Positions 8,586 to 24,766 of a DNA stretch of 64,000 nucleotides are shown one piece after another. A program made the position numbers and the translations under genes. The stretch covers positions 1,600,001 through 1,664,000 of the forward strand of contig JAXGMI010000001.1 in the NCBI GenBank assembly GCA_040768745.1, written 5' to 3'. Within the stretch, counting starts at the first letter, position 1. Every line of letters begins with the position of its first letter. The notes under the pieces were generated by a model. The model was not told the DNA's origin. It saw nothing but the letters and a program-made list of their open reading frames with translations, and ran no database searches. This DNA is from Desulfomicrobium sp. (lineage in GTDB: Bacteria; Desulfobacterota; Desulfovibrionia; Desulfovibrionales; Desulfomicrobiaceae).

Positions 8586-8692
8586 TTACCCCATCTCTCT
8601 CGTCTGGCGTGAAAATCCGCTGCTGCTTGTCTCTTCCTTTGCAATAAATTCATTCCATAATAATCAAGCATTAGTTTATCAGGGGGTGTTGT

Positions 8693-9886
8693 ATGGCCAA
8701 GCAGAAGTTTGAGAGAAAGAAGCCGCACGTCAATATTGGCACGATTGGTCATATTGACCATGGCAAGACGACGTTGACCGCAGCGATCACGAAGATTGCG
8801 AGCTTGAAGGGTGGGGGCACCTTTGTCGGCTACGATCAGATCGACAAGGCCCCGGAAGAGAAGGAGCGCGGCATCACCATTGCGACGGCGCATGTTGAAT
8901 ACGAGACCGCCAAGCGTCACTATGCGCATGTGGATTGTCCCGGTCACGCGGACTACATCAAGAACATGATCACGGGTGCAGCCCAGATGGACGGCGCGAT
9001 CATCGTCGTGGCTGCCACGGACGGACCCATGCCTCAGACCCGCGAGCATATTTTGCTCGCCCGTCAGGTAGGCGTGCCGTACCTGGTGGTGTTTCTGAAC
9101 AAGGTTGACCTGGTCGACGACGAAGAGTTGATCGAGCTGGTGGAGATGGAAGTGCGGGAGCTGCTGTCCAAGTATGAATTTCCGGGTGACGACGTTCCGG
9201 TCATCCGAGGTTCGGCTTTGCTGGCTCTGGAGAGCGAGAGCGCCGACGCTGAAGGCGCCAAGTGCATCCTCGAGCTGCTGGACGCCTGCGACAATTATAT
9301 TCCGGAGCCTGTCCGGGAGACGGACAAGCCCTTCCTGATGCCCATTGAGGACGTATTCTCTATCTCCGGTCGTGGCACTGTCGTGACCGGCAGGGTGGAG
9401 CGCGGTATCGTTAAGGTTGGGGAGGAAGTGGAAATCGTCGGGATCAATGAGACCCGGAAGACGACCTGCACAGGTGTTGAGATGTTCCGGAAGCTGCTGG
9501 ACGAAGGTCAGGCCGGCGACAACATCGGGGCGTTGCTTCGCGGTGTTAAGCGTGACGAAGTGGAGCGTGGTCAGGTATTGGCCAAGCCTGGTTCCATCAC
9601 CCCGCACACCAAATTTTCAGCTGAAGTGTATGTACTGAGCAAGGAAGAGGGCGGTCGCCATACTCCGTTTTTCTCTGGGTATCGTCCGCAGTTTTACTTC
9701 CGGACGACGGACATCACGGGCGTGGTGACCCTGAGCGAAGGGGTTGAAATGATCATGCCTGGGGACAACACGACGTTCCATGTGCATCTGATCGCACCAA
9801 TCGCCATGGAAAAGGGTCTTCGCTTCGCCATCCGTGAAGGTGGCCGGACCGTTGGCGCTGGTGTTGTTTCTGAAATCGTGGAGTAA
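8693..9886 (+). CDS. tuf: Elongation factor Tu (copy 1)
   Basis: [28 protein letters not shown]. Confidence 0.99.
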   Translation: MAKQKFERKKPHVNIGTIGHIDHGKTTLTAAITKIASLKGGGTFVGYDQIDKAPEEKERGITIATAHVEYETAKRHYAHVDCPGHADYIKNMITGAAQMDGAIIVVAATDGPMPQTREHILLARQVGVPYLVVFLNKVDLVDDEELIELVEMEVRELLSKYEFPGDDVPVIRGSALLALESESADAEGAKCILELLDACDNYIPEPVRETDKPFLMPIEDVFSISGRGTVVTGRVERGIVKVGEEVEIVGINETRKTTCTGVEMFRKLLDEGQAGDNIGALLRGVKRDEVERGQVLAKPGSITPHTKFSAEVYVLSKEEGGRHTPFFSGYRPQFYFRTTDITGVVTLSEGVEMIMPGDNTTFHVHLIAPIAMEKGLRFAIREGGRTVGAGVVSEIVE

Positions 9887-9889
9887 AGA

Positions 9890-10039
9890 ATGCGCATCAA
9901 TATTCTTCTTGCCTGTGGTGAATGCAAGCGTAGGAACTACGCAAGTCAAAAAAACAAAAAGAACACAACTGCAAAGCTTGAATTGAGCAAGTTTTGTCCT
10001 TTTTGCGGCAAGCACACGAAGCATCGCGAATCCAAATAG
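9890..10039 (+). CDS. rpmG: 50S ribosomal protein L33 (zinc-binding type)
   Basis: Below the ORF-track size. Manual translation [49 protein letters not shown]. Confidence 0.96.
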   Translation: MRINILLACGECKRRNYASQKNKKNTTAKLELSKFCPFCGKHTKHRESK

Positions 10040-10090
10040 TAATCGTGGACACCAGAGTGCGTGGTGTCCACAGTATAAATTCCCTCATGC

Positions 10091-10166
10091 AGGCCAGTAG
10101 CTCTAACGGTAGAGCATCGGACTCCAAATCCGAGGGCTGGGGGTTCGAATCCCTCCTGGCCTGCCA
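10091..10166 (+). tRNA. tRNA-Trp(CCA)
   Basis: AGGCCAG/CTGGCCT stem, CTCCAAA anticodon loop, CCA end; usual position before secE. Confidence 0.96.
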
Positions 10167-10189
10167 TTAATTTACCAGCGATAGGCAAA

Positions 10190-10423
10190 ATGAAAAAAAG
10201 CCCTGAAGTTGCTTTGGAAAAAGAAGGAATTGCGCAGAAAATCAAAGAATTGCGTGTTTTCTTCGAGCAATCCAAGATGGAACTGAAAAAGGTTGTGTGG
10301 CCTGACAAGCAGGAGACCATCAGCACCAGTTCAGCGGTTCTGTTGTTGGTTGTGGTCTTGGCACTTTTTCTTGGCATCGTGGATTTGTGCTTGGCTAAAC
10401 TCATTGCTGCCATTTTGTCCTAG
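10190..10423 (+). CDS. secE: Preprotein translocase subunit SecE
   Basis: ELKKVVWP motif plus one TM helix. Confidence 0.95.
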   Translation: MKKSPEVALEKEGIAQKIKELRVFFEQSKMELKKVVWPDKQETISTSSAVLLLVVVLALFLGIVDLCLAKLIAAILS

Positions 10424-10434
10424 GTGAGTCGACC

Positions 10435-10977
10435 ATGAGTGATGATCCAAAGGCGCGGTGGTACATAATCCACACTTATTCGGGCTTTGAGCAAAGGGTG
10501 GAGCAGACCATCAGGGAAATGATCCGTACCGGTCAGGCTAAGGGCCTTGTAGAGGATGTGATTGTTCCTACGGAAAAAGTCGTGGAGCTCATCAAGGGAC
10601 AGAAACGGACCTCAACCCGCAAGTTTTATCCTGGATATGCTATGGTCAAGATGATTTTTACGGATGAATCTTGGCACATGATACAGTCGATTCCAAAAGT
10701 CACCGGATTCATTGGTGGAAAAAGTAGACCGGTCCCTTTGACGGATAAAGAAGCACAGAGAATCCTTTCAACTATAGAGAGCCGGAAGGAACAGCCGAGG
10801 CCAAAGTTTCATTTTGAACGCGGCGATGATGTGCGTGTAATTGACGGTCCTTTTGCAAATTTCAATGCTACTGTTGAAGACGTCAACTATGACAAAGGTA
10901 AATTGCGTGTTTCCGTATCTATTTTTGGAAGACAAACGCCGGTTGAGCTGGATTTTGTTCAGGTGACCAAGGGCTAA
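10435..10977 (+). CDS. nusG: Transcription termination/antitermination factor NusG
   Basis: WYIIHTYSGFE, KFYPGY, KOW region, IFGRQTPVEL. Confidence 0.97.
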   Translation: MSDDPKARWYIIHTYSGFEQRVEQTIREMIRTGQAKGLVEDVIVPTEKVVELIKGQKRTSTRKFYPGYAMVKMIFTDESWHMIQSIPKVTGFIGGKSRPVPLTDKEAQRILSTIESRKEQPRPKFHFERGDDVRVIDGPFANFNATVEDVNYDKGKLRVSVSIFGRQTPVELDFVQVTKG

Positions 10978-11002
10978 TAATTTTTAGAGATGAGGTGGTG
11001 TT

Positions 11003-11425
11003 ATGGCCAAAAAAATAACAGCTGTAATTAAACTGCAGCTCCCTGCTGGCGCAGCAAATCCTTCTCCGCCAGTCGGTCCTGCTTTGGGCCAACATGGTGT
11101 GAATATCATGGAATTCTGCAAAGCATATAACGCTAAAACGCAGAATGAAAAGGGAATGATCATTCCTGTTGAAATCACTGTCTTCCAGGACAGGTCCTTT
11201 ACCTTTGTAACCAAGACTCCTCCTGCTGCCGTGCTTTTGGTCAAGGCTGCAAAGCTCCAAAAGGGCTCGGGTGAGCCAAACAAGAACAAGGTTGGGAAGG
11301 TGTCCATGGCCCAGATTGAGGAAATTGCGAAGCTCAAAATGCCCGATTTGTCGGTGTATGATTTGAAAGCTGCATGCAATACCATCGTAGGGACAGCGCG
11401 CAGCATGGGAATTGAAGTGGAGTAA
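11003..11425 (+). CDS. rplK: 50S ribosomal protein L11
   Basis: [22 protein letters not shown]. Confidence 0.98.
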   Translation: MAKKITAVIKLQLPAGAANPSPPVGPALGQHGVNIMEFCKAYNAKTQNEKGMIIPVEITVFQDRSFTFVTKTPPAAVLLVKAAKLQKGSGEPNKNKVGKVSMAQIEEIAKLKMPDLSVYDLKAACNTIVGTARSMGIEVE

Positions 11426-11439
11426 GGAGAGGACGAGCA

Positions 11440-12144
11440 ATGCCCAAGCACGGAAAAAAATTTCAGAAAGCATGCGAGGCTGTTGACGGCCTCAAAATGT
11501 ATGATGTGGCAGAAGCAATGGAGCTTGTTCTCAAGAGTTCATTTGCTAAATTCGATGAGACCGTAGACATTGCAGTAAACCTTGGAGTCAATCCCAAGTA
11601 TTCTGACCAGATGGTGCGTGGTGCGGTTTCTCTTCCGCATGGTCTGGGCAAGACGGTCCGCGTTGTGGCCTTCTGCAAAGGTGAAAACGAGGAAAAGGCC
11701 AAGAATGCGGGGGCCATTGATGCCGGCGGCGATGAATTGGTCGAGAAGATCAAGGCCGGGTGGCTTGATTTCGACAAGGCGGTGGCCACGCCTGACATGA
11801 TGGGCTATGTTGGCAAGATCGGCAAGATTCTTGGCCCACGGGGGCTGATGCCCAATGCCAAGACAGGGACCGTCACCATGGAATTGGAGAATGCCATCAA
11901 GGAACTTCTGGCCGGAAAGGTCGAATTCAGGGTGGACAAGGCTGGCGTAATCCATGCGCCCATCGGGAAGGTGTCCTTTGGCACAGAAAAGCTTTTGGGC
12001 AATCTCAAGACTGTGGTCGATGCGCTCATCAAGCTGAAGCCTTCCACTGCCAAGGGTACCTATGTGAAGGCAGTCTCGTTATCCTCAACCATGGGGCCCG
12101 GCGTCAAGGTTGACACAGCGTCCCTGCGCAAGGCCGCTGAATAA
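11440..12144 (+). CDS. rplA: 50S ribosomal protein L1
   Basis: [23 protein letters not shown]. Confidence 0.98.
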   Translation: MPKHGKKFQKACEAVDGLKMYDVAEAMELVLKSSFAKFDETVDIAVNLGVNPKYSDQMVRGAVSLPHGLGKTVRVVAFCKGENEEKAKNAGAIDAGGDELVEKIKAGWLDFDKAVATPDMMGYVGKIGKILGPRGLMPNAKTGTVTMELENAIKELLAGKVEFRVDKAGVIHAPIGKVSFGTEKLLGNLKTVVDALIKLKPSTAKGTYVKAVSLSSTMGPGVKVDTASLRKAAE

Positions 12145-12157
12145 GTTTTTAACAAGT

Positions 12158-12222
12158 AGATGAGTCAGAGAATGCAGGTGGATTTTCCTTAATATCCTGC
12201 TGAGACGGCTTTGGCTCATTCT
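12158..12222 (+). promoter_or_regulatory. L10 leader (r-protein autoregulatory RNA)
   Basis: Outer stem AGATGAGTCAGAG/CTTTGGCTCATTCT enclosing GCAGG...TTAA...CCTGC-TGAGAC, the L10-leader pattern, directly upstream of rplJ. Confidence 0.65.
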
Positions 12223-12245
12223 GCCTAGCTAGAGAGAGGTAAGTG

Positions 12246-12764
12246 GTGAACAGGGCAGAAAAAGCAAAAATCATCGAAGGCCTGAAGGAGAAGGCGGACA
12301 AGGCAAACATTGCCATTGTCACGGACTTCCACGGGCTGAAAGTGGCAGAGCTAACTCCCTTGCGTGCAAAACTGCACGAAGCGGGGTGCGACTATCAGGT
12401 CGTCAAGAATACTCTGGCGCGGAAAGCCTTCGAGGAAGGGCCGCACAATGTGCTCAATCCACATTTGAAGTACAATTGTGCCGTGGCATTTGGCTATGAC
12501 GACCCTGTTGTCGCCGCCAAGGTGCTGGTAGAGTTTGCAAAGAAGAACGACAAGTTTTCTGTGCGTTATGCGAGTCTCGAAGGAAAGTTTCTGGAAGAGG
12601 CCTCGGTCAAGGCGCTTTCCGAACTACCTGGCCGTGAGCAGCTGCTTGCCAGCCTGCTGGGCACGATGAACGCAGTGCCGCAGAATTTTGTTTCCCTCTT
12701 TGCTAATGTGGTTCGTGGGATGGTCAACGTACTGACCGCTCTCAAGGACAAAAAAGAAGAATGA
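12246..12764 (+). CDS. rplJ: 50S ribosomal protein L10
   Basis: VVKNTLAR motif. GTG 12246 fits SD spacing better than GTG 12243. Confidence 0.96.
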   Translation: MNRAEKAKIIEGLKEKADKANIAIVTDFHGLKVAELTPLRAKLHEAGCDYQVVKNTLARKAFEEGPHNVLNPHLKYNCAVAFGYDDPVVAAKVLVEFAKKNDKFSVRYASLEGKFLEEASVKALSELPGREQLLASLLGTMNAVPQNFVSLFANVVRGMVNVLTALKDKKEE

Positions 12765-12794
12765 GCCAAGAAGCTTAATATTTAGGAGGATAAA

Positions 12795-13178
12795 ATGGCT
12801 GATATCACCAAAGAACAGGTTGTCGAATTCATTGCTAACATGACCGTGTTGGAACTTTCCATCTTCATCAAGGAACTCGAAGAAAAGTTCGGTGTTTCCG
12901 CCGCCGCTCCAGTTGCAGCTTTCGCCGCTGCCCCGGTTGCTGCAGCTGAAGCAGTAGAAGAGGAAAAGACCGAATTCGATGTCATCCTGAAGGAAGCCGG
13001 CGCCAACAAGATTGGTGTCATCAAAGTTGTGCGCGCCTTGACCAGCCTTGGGCTGAAAGAAGCCAAGGCGAAGGTGGATGAAACTCCTTCGGTCATCCTG
13101 GAGGCCGCTGCCAAGGACGCTGCCAACGACGCCAAAAAACAGCTTGAAGAAGCCGGCGCCAAGGTTGAAATCAAGTAG
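12795..13178 (+). CDS. rplL: 50S ribosomal protein L7/L12
   Basis: [26 protein letters not shown]. Confidence 0.98.
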   Translation: MADITKEQVVEFIANMTVLELSIFIKELEEKFGVSAAAPVAAFAAAPVAAAEAVEEEKTEFDVILKEAGANKIGVIKVVRALTSLGLKEAKAKVDETPSVILEAAAKDAANDAKKQLEEAGAKVEIK

Positions 13179-13204
13179 TTTTTTGCGTTCCTTTTGACTT
13201 CACG

Positions 13205-13250
13205 TAAAGAGTGTAAGAGGAAAAAACCTCTTACACTCTTTATGCCTTTC
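13205..13250 (+). terminator. 16-bp perfect hairpin (attenuator/terminator) between rplL and rpoB
   Basis: TAAAGAGTGTAAGAGG-AAAAAA-CCTCTTACACTCTTTA, weak T tail. Confidence 0.6.
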
Positions 13251-13370
13251 TGTGTGAGACCACATATTCAGCGTCGGTGCATGCTGCTCGATGACATCAT
13301 CATGGCAGTTCTTCCTTGGTCCCAGAACGTTATGCCTGCCTAGCAACCTCACATTTCCTGAGGGGAAACG

Positions 13371-16300
13371 ATGAACAAACTGATCAAGAAATTCGGACGA
13401 ATCAAGGATTCCATTGAAATCCCGCATCTTTTAAGCCTTCAACTCGATTCTTACGACAAATTTCTCCAGACTGATGTTCCGCCCAGCATGAGAACCGACA
13501 TTGGTCTTGAAGGCGTGTTTCGTTCTGTATTTCCGATTCATGATTTCAATAAGACTGCGACGCTGGAATATGTCAGCTACGATATCGGGAAACCGAAATA
13601 CGATGTTGATGAGTGCATTTCCAAAGGATTGACCTTTGAAGCGCCACTGCGCATCAAGGTCCGACTCGCTGTATATGATGTAGATGAAGCGTCAGGCAGC
13701 CGCACCATTCATGATATCAAAGAGCAGGATATCTATTTTGGGACAATTCCGCTCATAACTCAGAAAGGCACCTTTCTGATTAATGGGACAGAACGCGTCA
13801 TTGTTAATCAGTTACAGCGTTCTCCAGGCATTATTTTCGAACATGACTCGGGCAAGACCCACTCCAGCCGGAAGATTTTATACAGCTGCCGCATCATTCC
13901 CATGCGAGGATCCTGGTTGGATTTTGATTTCGATCATAAAGATATTCTTTACGTCCGCATCGATCGCAGGCGTAAAATGCCAGCCACAATTCTCCTCAAG
14001 GCCATGGGTATGACCAGTGAGGATATTCTCGCCTACTACTATGAAAAAGATACGTTCAAACTGGATGGCATCAAGGTTCTCAGGTGTGTAGAGGGGTACA
14101 ACTTCCGCAAGGAGGTCGCGTATATGGATATCACGGCCCCGGACGGGACCGTGGTGGTTTCCGCTGGAAAGCCTCTGACCAAGGGTATTTGGAAACGGAT
14201 GATCAGGGCTGGTGTCGGATTTTATGAAGTTCGACCCGAATCCCTGGGCACTGAATACGCTGCCAGAGAAGTCGTCGATTCTCAGACAGGTGAGGTCATT
14301 CTACGGGCCGGGGATCCCTTCGCTCCGATGGCTGTTGAGAAATGTCTGGCAGCCGGAATTACACAGCTTGATGCAATTTTTTCTTCTGGCGCCGAAGTGT
14401 CTTCTTGTATGCGTGACACCTTGGCCATGGACAAGTGCGAGGATTTGGAAAGTGCTCAGATCGACATCTACAAGAGATTACGTCCGAGCTCTCCGCCCAC
14501 ACCAGAAATTTCGGCCAGCTTTTTTGACAACCTGTTCCGCAATCCAGACTACTATGATCTGTCTCCGGTGGGACGCTACAAACTTAACTTTCGTTTGAAT
14601 CTGAGTTTGCCCATTGATCATCGGACATTGTCCAATGAAGACATCTTCCGATCCATCAGGAAACTGGTCCAGCTCAAAGACTCCCACGGTCCTGCGGACG
14701 ATATTGACCATCTGGGAAATCGTCGGGTGCGTCCAGTAGGCGAACTGGTTGAAAATCAATACCGCATCGGCCTGGTCCGCATGGAAAGAGCGATCAAGGA
14801 GCGTATGAGCCTGCAGGAAGTAGCCACCCTCATGCCGCACGACCTTGTCAATCCCAAGCCCGTAACGGCGGTGCTGAAGGAATTTTTTGGCACATCCCAG
14901 CTGTCCCAGTTCATGGACCAGACGAATCCTTTGTCTGAAGTCACCCACAAGCGCCGCTTATCCGCTCTGGGGCCAGGAGGTCTGACCCGAGAACGGGCTG
15001 GTTTTGAAGTGCGCGACGTGCACCTGAGCCACTATGGTCGTATCTGTCCCATTGAGACTCCGGAAGGCCCAAACATCGGTTTGATTGTGTCTTTGACCAC
15101 TCACGGACTTGTCAATGATTACGGTTTTATCGAGACGCCCTACCGCGTCGTCAAAAACGGGTTTGTTACTGATGAAATACAGTACATGGAAGCTTCGACC
15201 GAATCCGGCCATATCATTGCCCAGGCCAATGCCCTTTTTGGAGCGGATCGGCAGTTCATCAATACGCACGTCGAAGCCCGGGTCGAGGGAGAATTCGCCA
15301 TTGTTCCGCGCGAAGAAGTCACTTTGATGGACATTTCCCCGGGCCAGATTGTGTCCATTTCTTCCGCATTAATACCCTTCCTGGAACATGATGACGCGAA
15401 TCGGGCGCTCATGGGGTCCAATATGCAGCGTCAGTCCGTGCCTCTTTTGACCACAGAGGAACCTCTTGTAGGTACAGGCATCGAAGGCAAGGTTGCGCAG
15501 GACTCGGGCAGCTGCCTTCTGGCTGAGGGTGACGGGGAAATCATGTATGTTGACGCTGATCGGGTCATTGTCGCCTACAGCGGCGACCTGTATCCCGAGG
15601 CAGGAGGGGTGCGCTTTTACGAGTTGCAGAAATACCACAAGTCCAATCAGAATAGCTGCTTTGGGCAGAAGCCAAGGGTACAGGTCGGGAACCGGGTCAA
15701 GAAAGGGGCGGTTCTTGCCGATGGGCCGGCCATACGTGACGGCGAGCTGGCCCTTGGCAAGAACCTCCTGGTGGCATTCATGCCCTGGTGTGGCTACAAT
15801 TATGAAGACTCCATCCTGATTTCCGAGCGGGTGGTCAAAGAAGACGTATACACATCCATCCACATTGAGGAGTTCGATGTTTTTGCCCGCGATACGAAGC
15901 TGGGGCCTGAAGAGGTGACTCGCGACATACCCAATGTGGGCGAGGACATGCTGCGCAATCTGGATGAGAGTGGCATCATCCGCATCGGTGCACGGGTTAA
16001 GCCGGATGATATCCTGGTCGGCAAAATCACACCGAAAGGGGAGACGCAGCTCACCCCTGAAGAGCGCCTACTGAGGGCCATTTTCGGTGACAAGGCCCGG
16101 GATGTGAAGAACACGTCACTGAAGGTCCCACCGGGAATCGAAGGCACGGTCATTGACGTCAAGGTCTTTAACCGTCGTTCAGGGGACAAGGACGAGCGCA
16201 CACGTCAAATTGAAAACTATGAACTGGAACGAGTCGACCTGCGTGAAAAACAGCATATAGCAGGACTGACCGAAGCCACCCGGTGTAAGATCTGGGAGGT

Positions 16301-17462
16301 CTGCAAGGGCAAAAGCGTGGCCAAGTCCATAATGGGGAAGCGCAAAGGAGAGGTTTTGCTCGAAGCAAACCAACCTATCAGGGAAGAGGTTTTTGCCGAG
16401 ATCCCGCTGAAAAAACTGGCCGGTGTTTTCACTGCCAAGGAAGTCAACGAAGGGGTCAAGACGTTACTCGACCTGTACGACCTGCAGATTAAATTTATCA
16501 AGGACGTGTACGAGAATAAGCGCGGAAAGGTGACCGAAGGTGACGACCTGCCCCCTGGCGTCATCAAGATGGCCAAGGTGTATGTGGCCGTGAAGCGGAA
16601 GCTCAACGTGGGGGATAAAATGGCCGGCAGGCATGGAAACAAGGGTGTCGTCTCCAACATATTGCCAGAGGAGGACATGCCATTTTTTGCCGACGGAACA
16701 CCCATGGATGTTGTCCTCAACCCCCTTGGTGTTCCTTCACGCATGAATATCGGCCAGATCATGGAGACCCATCTGGGGTGGGCCGCCAAGGCCCTTGGAC
16801 AGCAGATCGCAGCTATGGCCGAACACGGAGTGGCCGAAGTCAGAAGGGAGATGAAGGATCTCTTCGCCGCGGAGGTAACTTCCGCCCTGATTGACTCCAT
16901 GAGTGATGAGGAAGTCATTGAGGCGGCCAAGGCCTTGAACAAGGGCATCATCATGAAGACTCCGGTTTTCGATGGAGCCGAGGAGATCGAAATCTGGGAT
17001 CTTCTAAAGCGGGCGGGGCTGCCCGAGGACGGCAAGGCCCTGCTGTATGACGGCAGGACAGGCGTTCCTTTCCACAACCGCGTAACCGTGGGATACATGT
17101 ACTATTTGAAACTCCATCACCTGGTTGACGAGAAGATCCATGCCCGCTCCACGGGTCCTTACTCGCTTGTTACCCAGCAGCCTTTGGGCGGCAAGGCGCA
17201 GTTCGGCGGACAGCGGCTGGGAGAAATGGAAGTATGGGCGCTGGAGGCATATGGGGCAGCCTATCTGTTACAGGAATTTTTGACTGTTAAATCCGACGAT
17301 GTGAACGGTCGTGTCAAAATGTACGAAAAGATTGTGAAGGGCTCCAATTTCCTTGAGAGTGGCATGCCCGAATCGTTCAACGTATTGGTCAAGGAAATGA
17401 TGGCCCTGGGGCTTGAAGTGACCCTGGTGGAAGAAGAGAAGAAGCGTCCCAAAAAGAGATAA
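13371..17462 (+). CDS. rpoB: RNA polymerase beta subunit
   Basis: [37 protein letters not shown]. Confidence 0.99.
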   Translation: MNKLIKKFGRIKDSIEIPHLLSLQLDSYDKFLQTDVPPSMRTDIGLEGVFRSVFPIHDFNKTATLEYVSYDIGKPKYDVDECISKGLTFEAPLRIKVRLAVYDVDEASGSRTIHDIKEQDIYFGTIPLITQKGTFLINGTERVIVNQLQRSPGIIFEHDSGKTHSSRKILYSCRIIPMRGSWLDFDFDHKDILYVRIDRRRKMPATILLKAMGMTSEDILAYYYEKDTFKLDGIKVLRCVEGYNFRKEVAYMDITAPDGTVVVSAGKPLTKGIWKRMIRAGVGFYEVRPESLGTEYAAREVVDSQTGEVILRAGDPFAPMAVEKCLAAGITQLDAIFSSGAEVSSCMRDTLAMDKCEDLESAQIDIYKRLRPSSPPTPEISASFFDNLFRNPDYYDLSPVGRYKLNFRLNLSLPIDHRTLSNEDIFRSIRKLVQLKDSHGPADDIDHLGNRRVRPVGELVENQYRIGLVRMERAIKERMSLQEVATLMPHDLVNPKPVTAVLKEFFGTSQLSQFMDQTNPLSEVTHKRRLSALGPGGLTRERAGFEVRDVHLSHYGRICPIETPEGPNIGLIVSLTTHGLVNDYGFIETPYRVVKNGFVTDEIQYMEASTESGHIIAQANALFGADRQFINTHVEARVEGEFAIVPREEVTLMDISPGQIVSISSALIPFLEHDDANRALMGSNMQRQSVPLLTTEEPLVGTGIEGKVAQDSGSCLLAEGDGEIMYVDADRVIVAYSGDLYPEAGGVRFYELQKYHKSNQNSCFGQKPRVQVGNRVKKGAVLADGPAIRDGELALGKNLLVAFMPWCGYNYEDSILISERVVKEDVYTSIHIEEFDVFARDTKLGPEEVTRDIPNVGEDMLRNLDESGIIRIGARVKPDDILVGKITPKGETQLTPEERLLRAIFGDKARDVKNTSLKVPPGIEGTVIDVKVFNRRSGDKDERTRQIENYELERVDLREKQHIAGLTEATRCKIWEVCKGKSVAKSIMGKRKGEVLLEANQPIREEVFAEIPLKKLAGVFTAKEVNEGVKTLLDLYDLQIKFIKDVYENKRGKVTEGDDLPPGVIKMAKVYVAVKRKLNVGDKMAGRHGNKGVVSNILPEEDMPFFADGTPMDVVLNPLGVPSRMNIGQIMETHLGWAAKALGQQIAAMAEHGVAEVRREMKDLFAAEVTSALIDSMSDEEVIEAAKALNKGIIMKTPVFDGAEEIEIWDLLKRAGLPEDGKALLYDGRTGVPFHNRVTVGYMYYLKLHHLVDEKIHARSTGPYSLVTQQPLGGKAQFGGQRLGEMEVWALEAYGAAYLLQEFLTVKSDDVNGRVKMYEKIVKGSNFLESGMPESFNVLVKEMMALGLEVTLVEEEKKRPKKR

Positions 17463-17517
17463 GGGGTGCACTCCCTGTCCGCATCATTACAACCGGCCAG
17501 AGCAAGAGGAATACACG

Positions 17518-21720
<4,203 letters not shown>

Positions 21721-21743
21721 GATGTAGCCATCCAGATGACGAG

Positions 21744-21778
21744 TTGACAGGAGCGGGGACATCCATTATGTCCCCGCT
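21744..21778 (+). promoter_or_regulatory. Putative str-operon promoter overlapping an 11-bp inverted repeat
   Basis: TTGACA (21744)-17 bp-TATGTC (21767); AGCGGGGACAT-CCATT-ATGTCCCCGCT at 21752-21778. Confidence 0.45.
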
Positions 21779-21807
21779 TCTCAAAATGTATATTCATGGA
21801 GTATGAG

Positions 21808-22179
21808 ATGCCCACTATTAATCAGTTGGTCCGTAAGGCACGGGTCATCCAGGTGAAAGGCAAAAAAAGAGCAGCGTTGCAGGAATGCCCGCAACGGCGT
21901 GGAGTTTGTGTGCGCGTATATACAACAACGCCCAAAAAGCCGAACTCCGCTCTTCGAAAGGTGGCCAGAGTGCGCCTCACAAACGGAATTGAAGTGACTT
22001 CCTACATCCCTGGCGAGGGGCATAATCTGCAGGAGCACTCCGTGGTCATGATCTTGGGCGGCCGCGTCAGGGACCTGCCTGGTGTCCGTTACAAGATCAT
22101 CAGAGGTACGCTGGATGCGGCCGGTGTTCAGGATCGCCGTAAGAGCCGCTCCAAGTACGGAGCTAAACGTCCTAAATAG
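21808..22179 (+). CDS. rpsL: 30S ribosomal protein S12
   Basis: [20 protein letters not shown]; start at ATG 21808. Confidence 0.98.
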   Translation: MPTINQLVRKARVIQVKGKKRAALQECPQRRGVCVRVYTTTPKKPNSALRKVARVRLTNGIEVTSYIPGEGHNLQEHSVVMILGGRVRDLPGVRYKIIRGTLDAAGVQDRRKSRSKYGAKRPK

Positions 22180-22197
22180 ATACAAGGAGATTGACGT

Positions 22198-22668
22198 ATG
22201 CCTCGCAAGGGTCCCACGCCGAAGCGTGAAGTGCTGCCAGATCCGAAATACGGAAGTCGCGTAGTTGCTAAGTTTGTTAACCAGATGATGTTTGACGGCA
22301 AAAAAAGTGTTGCCGAAAAAATATTTTACGATGCAATTGAAGAGTTGGGGAAGAGGACCGACAGTGAACCACTGAAGGCTTTCGAGCAGGTTATCGAAAA
22401 AGTTAAGCCACAGATGGAAGTCAAGTCCCGCCGCGTGGGCGGAGCTACCTATCAGGTGCCCATGGAAGTGCGTCCGGCACGGCAGGAGGCGCTGGCCATC
22501 AGATGGCTTGTCAACTATGCCCGTACGCGCGGTGAAAAAGGTATGGTCCTGCGTTTGGCGGCTGAATTACTTGATGCGTTTAACGATCGCGGTGGTGCCA
22601 TCAAGAAGCGTGAGGACACCCACAGAATGGCTGAAGCCAACAAGGCTTTCGCGCATTACCGCTGGTAA
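22198..22668 (+). CDS. rpsG: 30S ribosomal protein S7
   Basis: [25 protein letters not shown]. Confidence 0.98.
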   Translation: MPRKGPTPKREVLPDPKYGSRVVAKFVNQMMFDGKKSVAEKIFYDAIEELGKRTDSEPLKAFEQVIEKVKPQMEVKSRRVGGATYQVPMEVRPARQEALAIRWLVNYARTRGEKGMVLRLAAELLDAFNDRGGAIKKREDTHRMAEANKAFAHYRW

Positions 22669-22681
22669 AGAGGTTCTTTTC

Positions 22682-24751
22682 GTGTCTAAACGAGTCCCCA
22701 TAGAAAATCAGCGTAATATCGGTATCATGGCCCACATTGATGCGGGCAAAACAACGACTACCGAGCGTATACTTTTTTATACAGGCGTCTCCCACAGGCT
22801 CGGTGAGACGCATGACGGTCAGGCTACCATGGACTGGATGGAACAGGAGCAGGAGCGTGGCATAACCATCACCTCCGCTGCGACAACCTGTTTCTGGCGC
22901 GACTGTCGAATAAATATCATCGACACGCCCGGCCACGTAGACTTCACAGTAGAGGTTGAACGTTCGCTACGGGTTCTGGACGGAGCGGTGGCGGTATTCT
23001 GCGCCGTTGGCGGGGTTGAACCTCAGTCTGAAACCGTATGGAGGCAGGCCGACAGATATCATGTCCCCCGGGTCGCTTTTGTCAATAAGATGGATCGCTC
23101 TGGTGCGGATTTTTTCCGTGTCGTAGAAATGATAAAAGATCGACTCAAAGCCAAGCCAGTGCCGTTGCATCTGCCTATCGGTTCCGAGGAGAACTTCAAG
23201 GGCCAGATCGATCTGGTGCGCAATGTTGCCTTGTATTATGACGAAGAATCCAAGGGAGAGCAGATTGACGTGCGGGAAGTCCCCGCCGACATGGTTGATC
23301 TTGCCGACGAGTGGAGGATGCGCCTTGTCGAGGCCATCGCCGAAGAAGATGAAACGCTGCTGGAGAAGTATCTGGGCGGTGAGGAGCTGGCGCCAGAGGA
23401 GATCATGATAGGGATCCGGCAGGCCACTATTGGCATGAAGATCTGTCCGGTGATCTGTGGGTCCGCATTTAAGAACAAGGGAGTGCAGGCGTTGCTCGAT
23501 TGTGTGGTGGATTATCTGCCCTCGCCGGTCGATATCCCGCCCATGAAGGGCACTGATCCTGACTCGGGCAGTGAAATCCTTTGCGAATGTTCTGATGCAT
23601 TGCCTTTGAGCGCCCTGGCGTTCAAACTGATGTCCGACCCCTTCATTGGTCATCTGACCTTCCTCCGAATTTATTCGGGCGTACTCGAAGCGGGCTCTAC
23701 TGTTTTGAACGCTGCTTCGGGCAAAAAGGAGCGCATTGGCCGTCTACTGAAGATGCACGCCAACAAGCGTGAAGATATCAAGGAGGCTCATGCCGGGGAT
23801 ATCGTCGCGGCCGTCGGCTTGAAGCAGACTGCTACAGGCGAGACATTGTGCGATATTAAGCGGCCAGTGCTGCTTGAATCCATGGATTTTCCAGAGCCAG
23901 TTATTGAGGTCGCCATCGAACCGAAGACCAAGACAGATCGGGACTCTCTGGGTCAGGCACTGCAAAAGCTGGCCAAAGAGGATCCATCCTTCAGGGTCAA
24001 AACCAATGAGGAGACCGGGCAGACCCTCATCGCTGGAATGGGTGAGCTGCACCTGGAGATCATTGTTGATCGGCTGACCCGTGAATTCAAGGTTGACGCC
24101 AATGTCGGTCAGCCTCAGGTTGCCTACCGCGAAACCATTTCCAAGCCAGCTGAGAAAGACCTCAAATACGCCAAGCAGTCAGGGGGACGCGGTCAATATG
24201 GCCACGTAGTGATTAAAGTCGAACCGCGTGAGCCAGGTGCGGGATATGAATTCGTGAATAGCATTGTGGGTGGTGTTATTCCGAAAGAATACATACCCGC
24301 AGTCGACAAGGGTATCCGCGACGCATTGTTGAACGGTATTATGGCCGGCTTTCCCATGGTGGATGTGAAGGTTGAACTGATTCATGGTTCATACCACGAG
24401 GTAGACTCTTCTGAGCAGGCTTTTTACATCGCCGGTTCCATGGCTGTGAAGGACGCCTGTCAGAAAGCATCGCCCGTGCTTCTTGAGCCGATCATGTTTG
24501 TGGAAGTGTTGACGCCAGACGATTACATGGGCGATGTCATGGGCGACCTGAATGGCCGTCGAGGTCGCATCGTCAGTCTTGAAATGCGTCATGGGTTGCA
24601 AATTATTCGGGCTAACGTGCCCTTGAGCAGTATGTTTGGGTATGCCACGGACTTGCGCTCCAGAACTCAGGGCCGCGCCACGTATACCATGATGTTCGAT
24701 CATTATGATCGCGTTCCGGCAAGTCTTGCTGAAGAATTGACCAAGAAATGA
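22682..24751 (+). CDS. fusA: Elongation factor G
   Basis: [30 protein letters not shown] 22682 after GAGG SD (the ORF-track start overlaps rpsG). Confidence 0.98.
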   Translation: MSKRVPIENQRNIGIMAHIDAGKTTTTERILFYTGVSHRLGETHDGQATMDWMEQEQERGITITSAATTCFWRDCRINIIDTPGHVDFTVEVERSLRVLDGAVAVFCAVGGVEPQSETVWRQADRYHVPRVAFVNKMDRSGADFFRVVEMIKDRLKAKPVPLHLPIGSEENFKGQIDLVRNVALYYDEESKGEQIDVREVPADMVDLADEWRMRLVEAIAEEDETLLEKYLGGEELAPEEIMIGIRQATIGMKICPVICGSAFKNKGVQALLDCVVDYLPSPVDIPPMKGTDPDSGSEILCECSDALPLSALAFKLMSDPFIGHLTFLRIYSGVLEAGSTVLNAASGKKERIGRLLKMHANKREDIKEAHAGDIVAAVGLKQTATGETLCDIKRPVLLESMDFPEPVIEVAIEPKTKTDRDSLGQALQKLAKEDPSFRVKTNEETGQTLIAGMGELHLEIIVDRLTREFKVDANVGQPQVAYRETISKPAEKDLKYAKQSGGRGQYGHVVIKVEPREPGAGYEFVNSIVGGVIPKEYIPAVDKGIRDALLNGIMAGFPMVDVKVELIHGSYHEVDSSEQAFYIAGSMAVKDACQKASPVLLEPIMFVEVLTPDDYMGDVMGDLNGRRGRIVSLEMRHGLQIIRANVPLSSMFGYATDLRSRTQGRATYTMMFDHYDRVPASLAEELTKK

Positions 24752-24766
24752 GAATGGAGTTGAAAA

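Noticed and set aside
8031..8712. ORFs overlapping the tRNA cluster
   Set aside because: Spurious translations of tRNA genes.
8528..9607. Long antisense ORFs over tuf (also 24389-25681), and similar ones over fliM, the oxidoreductase, aroE and queA
   Set aside because: Open antisense frames produced by codon bias of the real genes; no homology signal.
10045..10071. 10-bp hairpin between rpmG and tRNA-Trp (and a spacer hairpin at ~8465-8500)
   Set aside because: Single copies with no T tract; most likely ordinary tRNA-operon spacer structures, not REP elements or sRNAs.
14880..14990. RpoB rifampicin-resistance region
   Set aside because: [30 protein letters not shown] keeps the sensitive-type Q, D, H and S residues.
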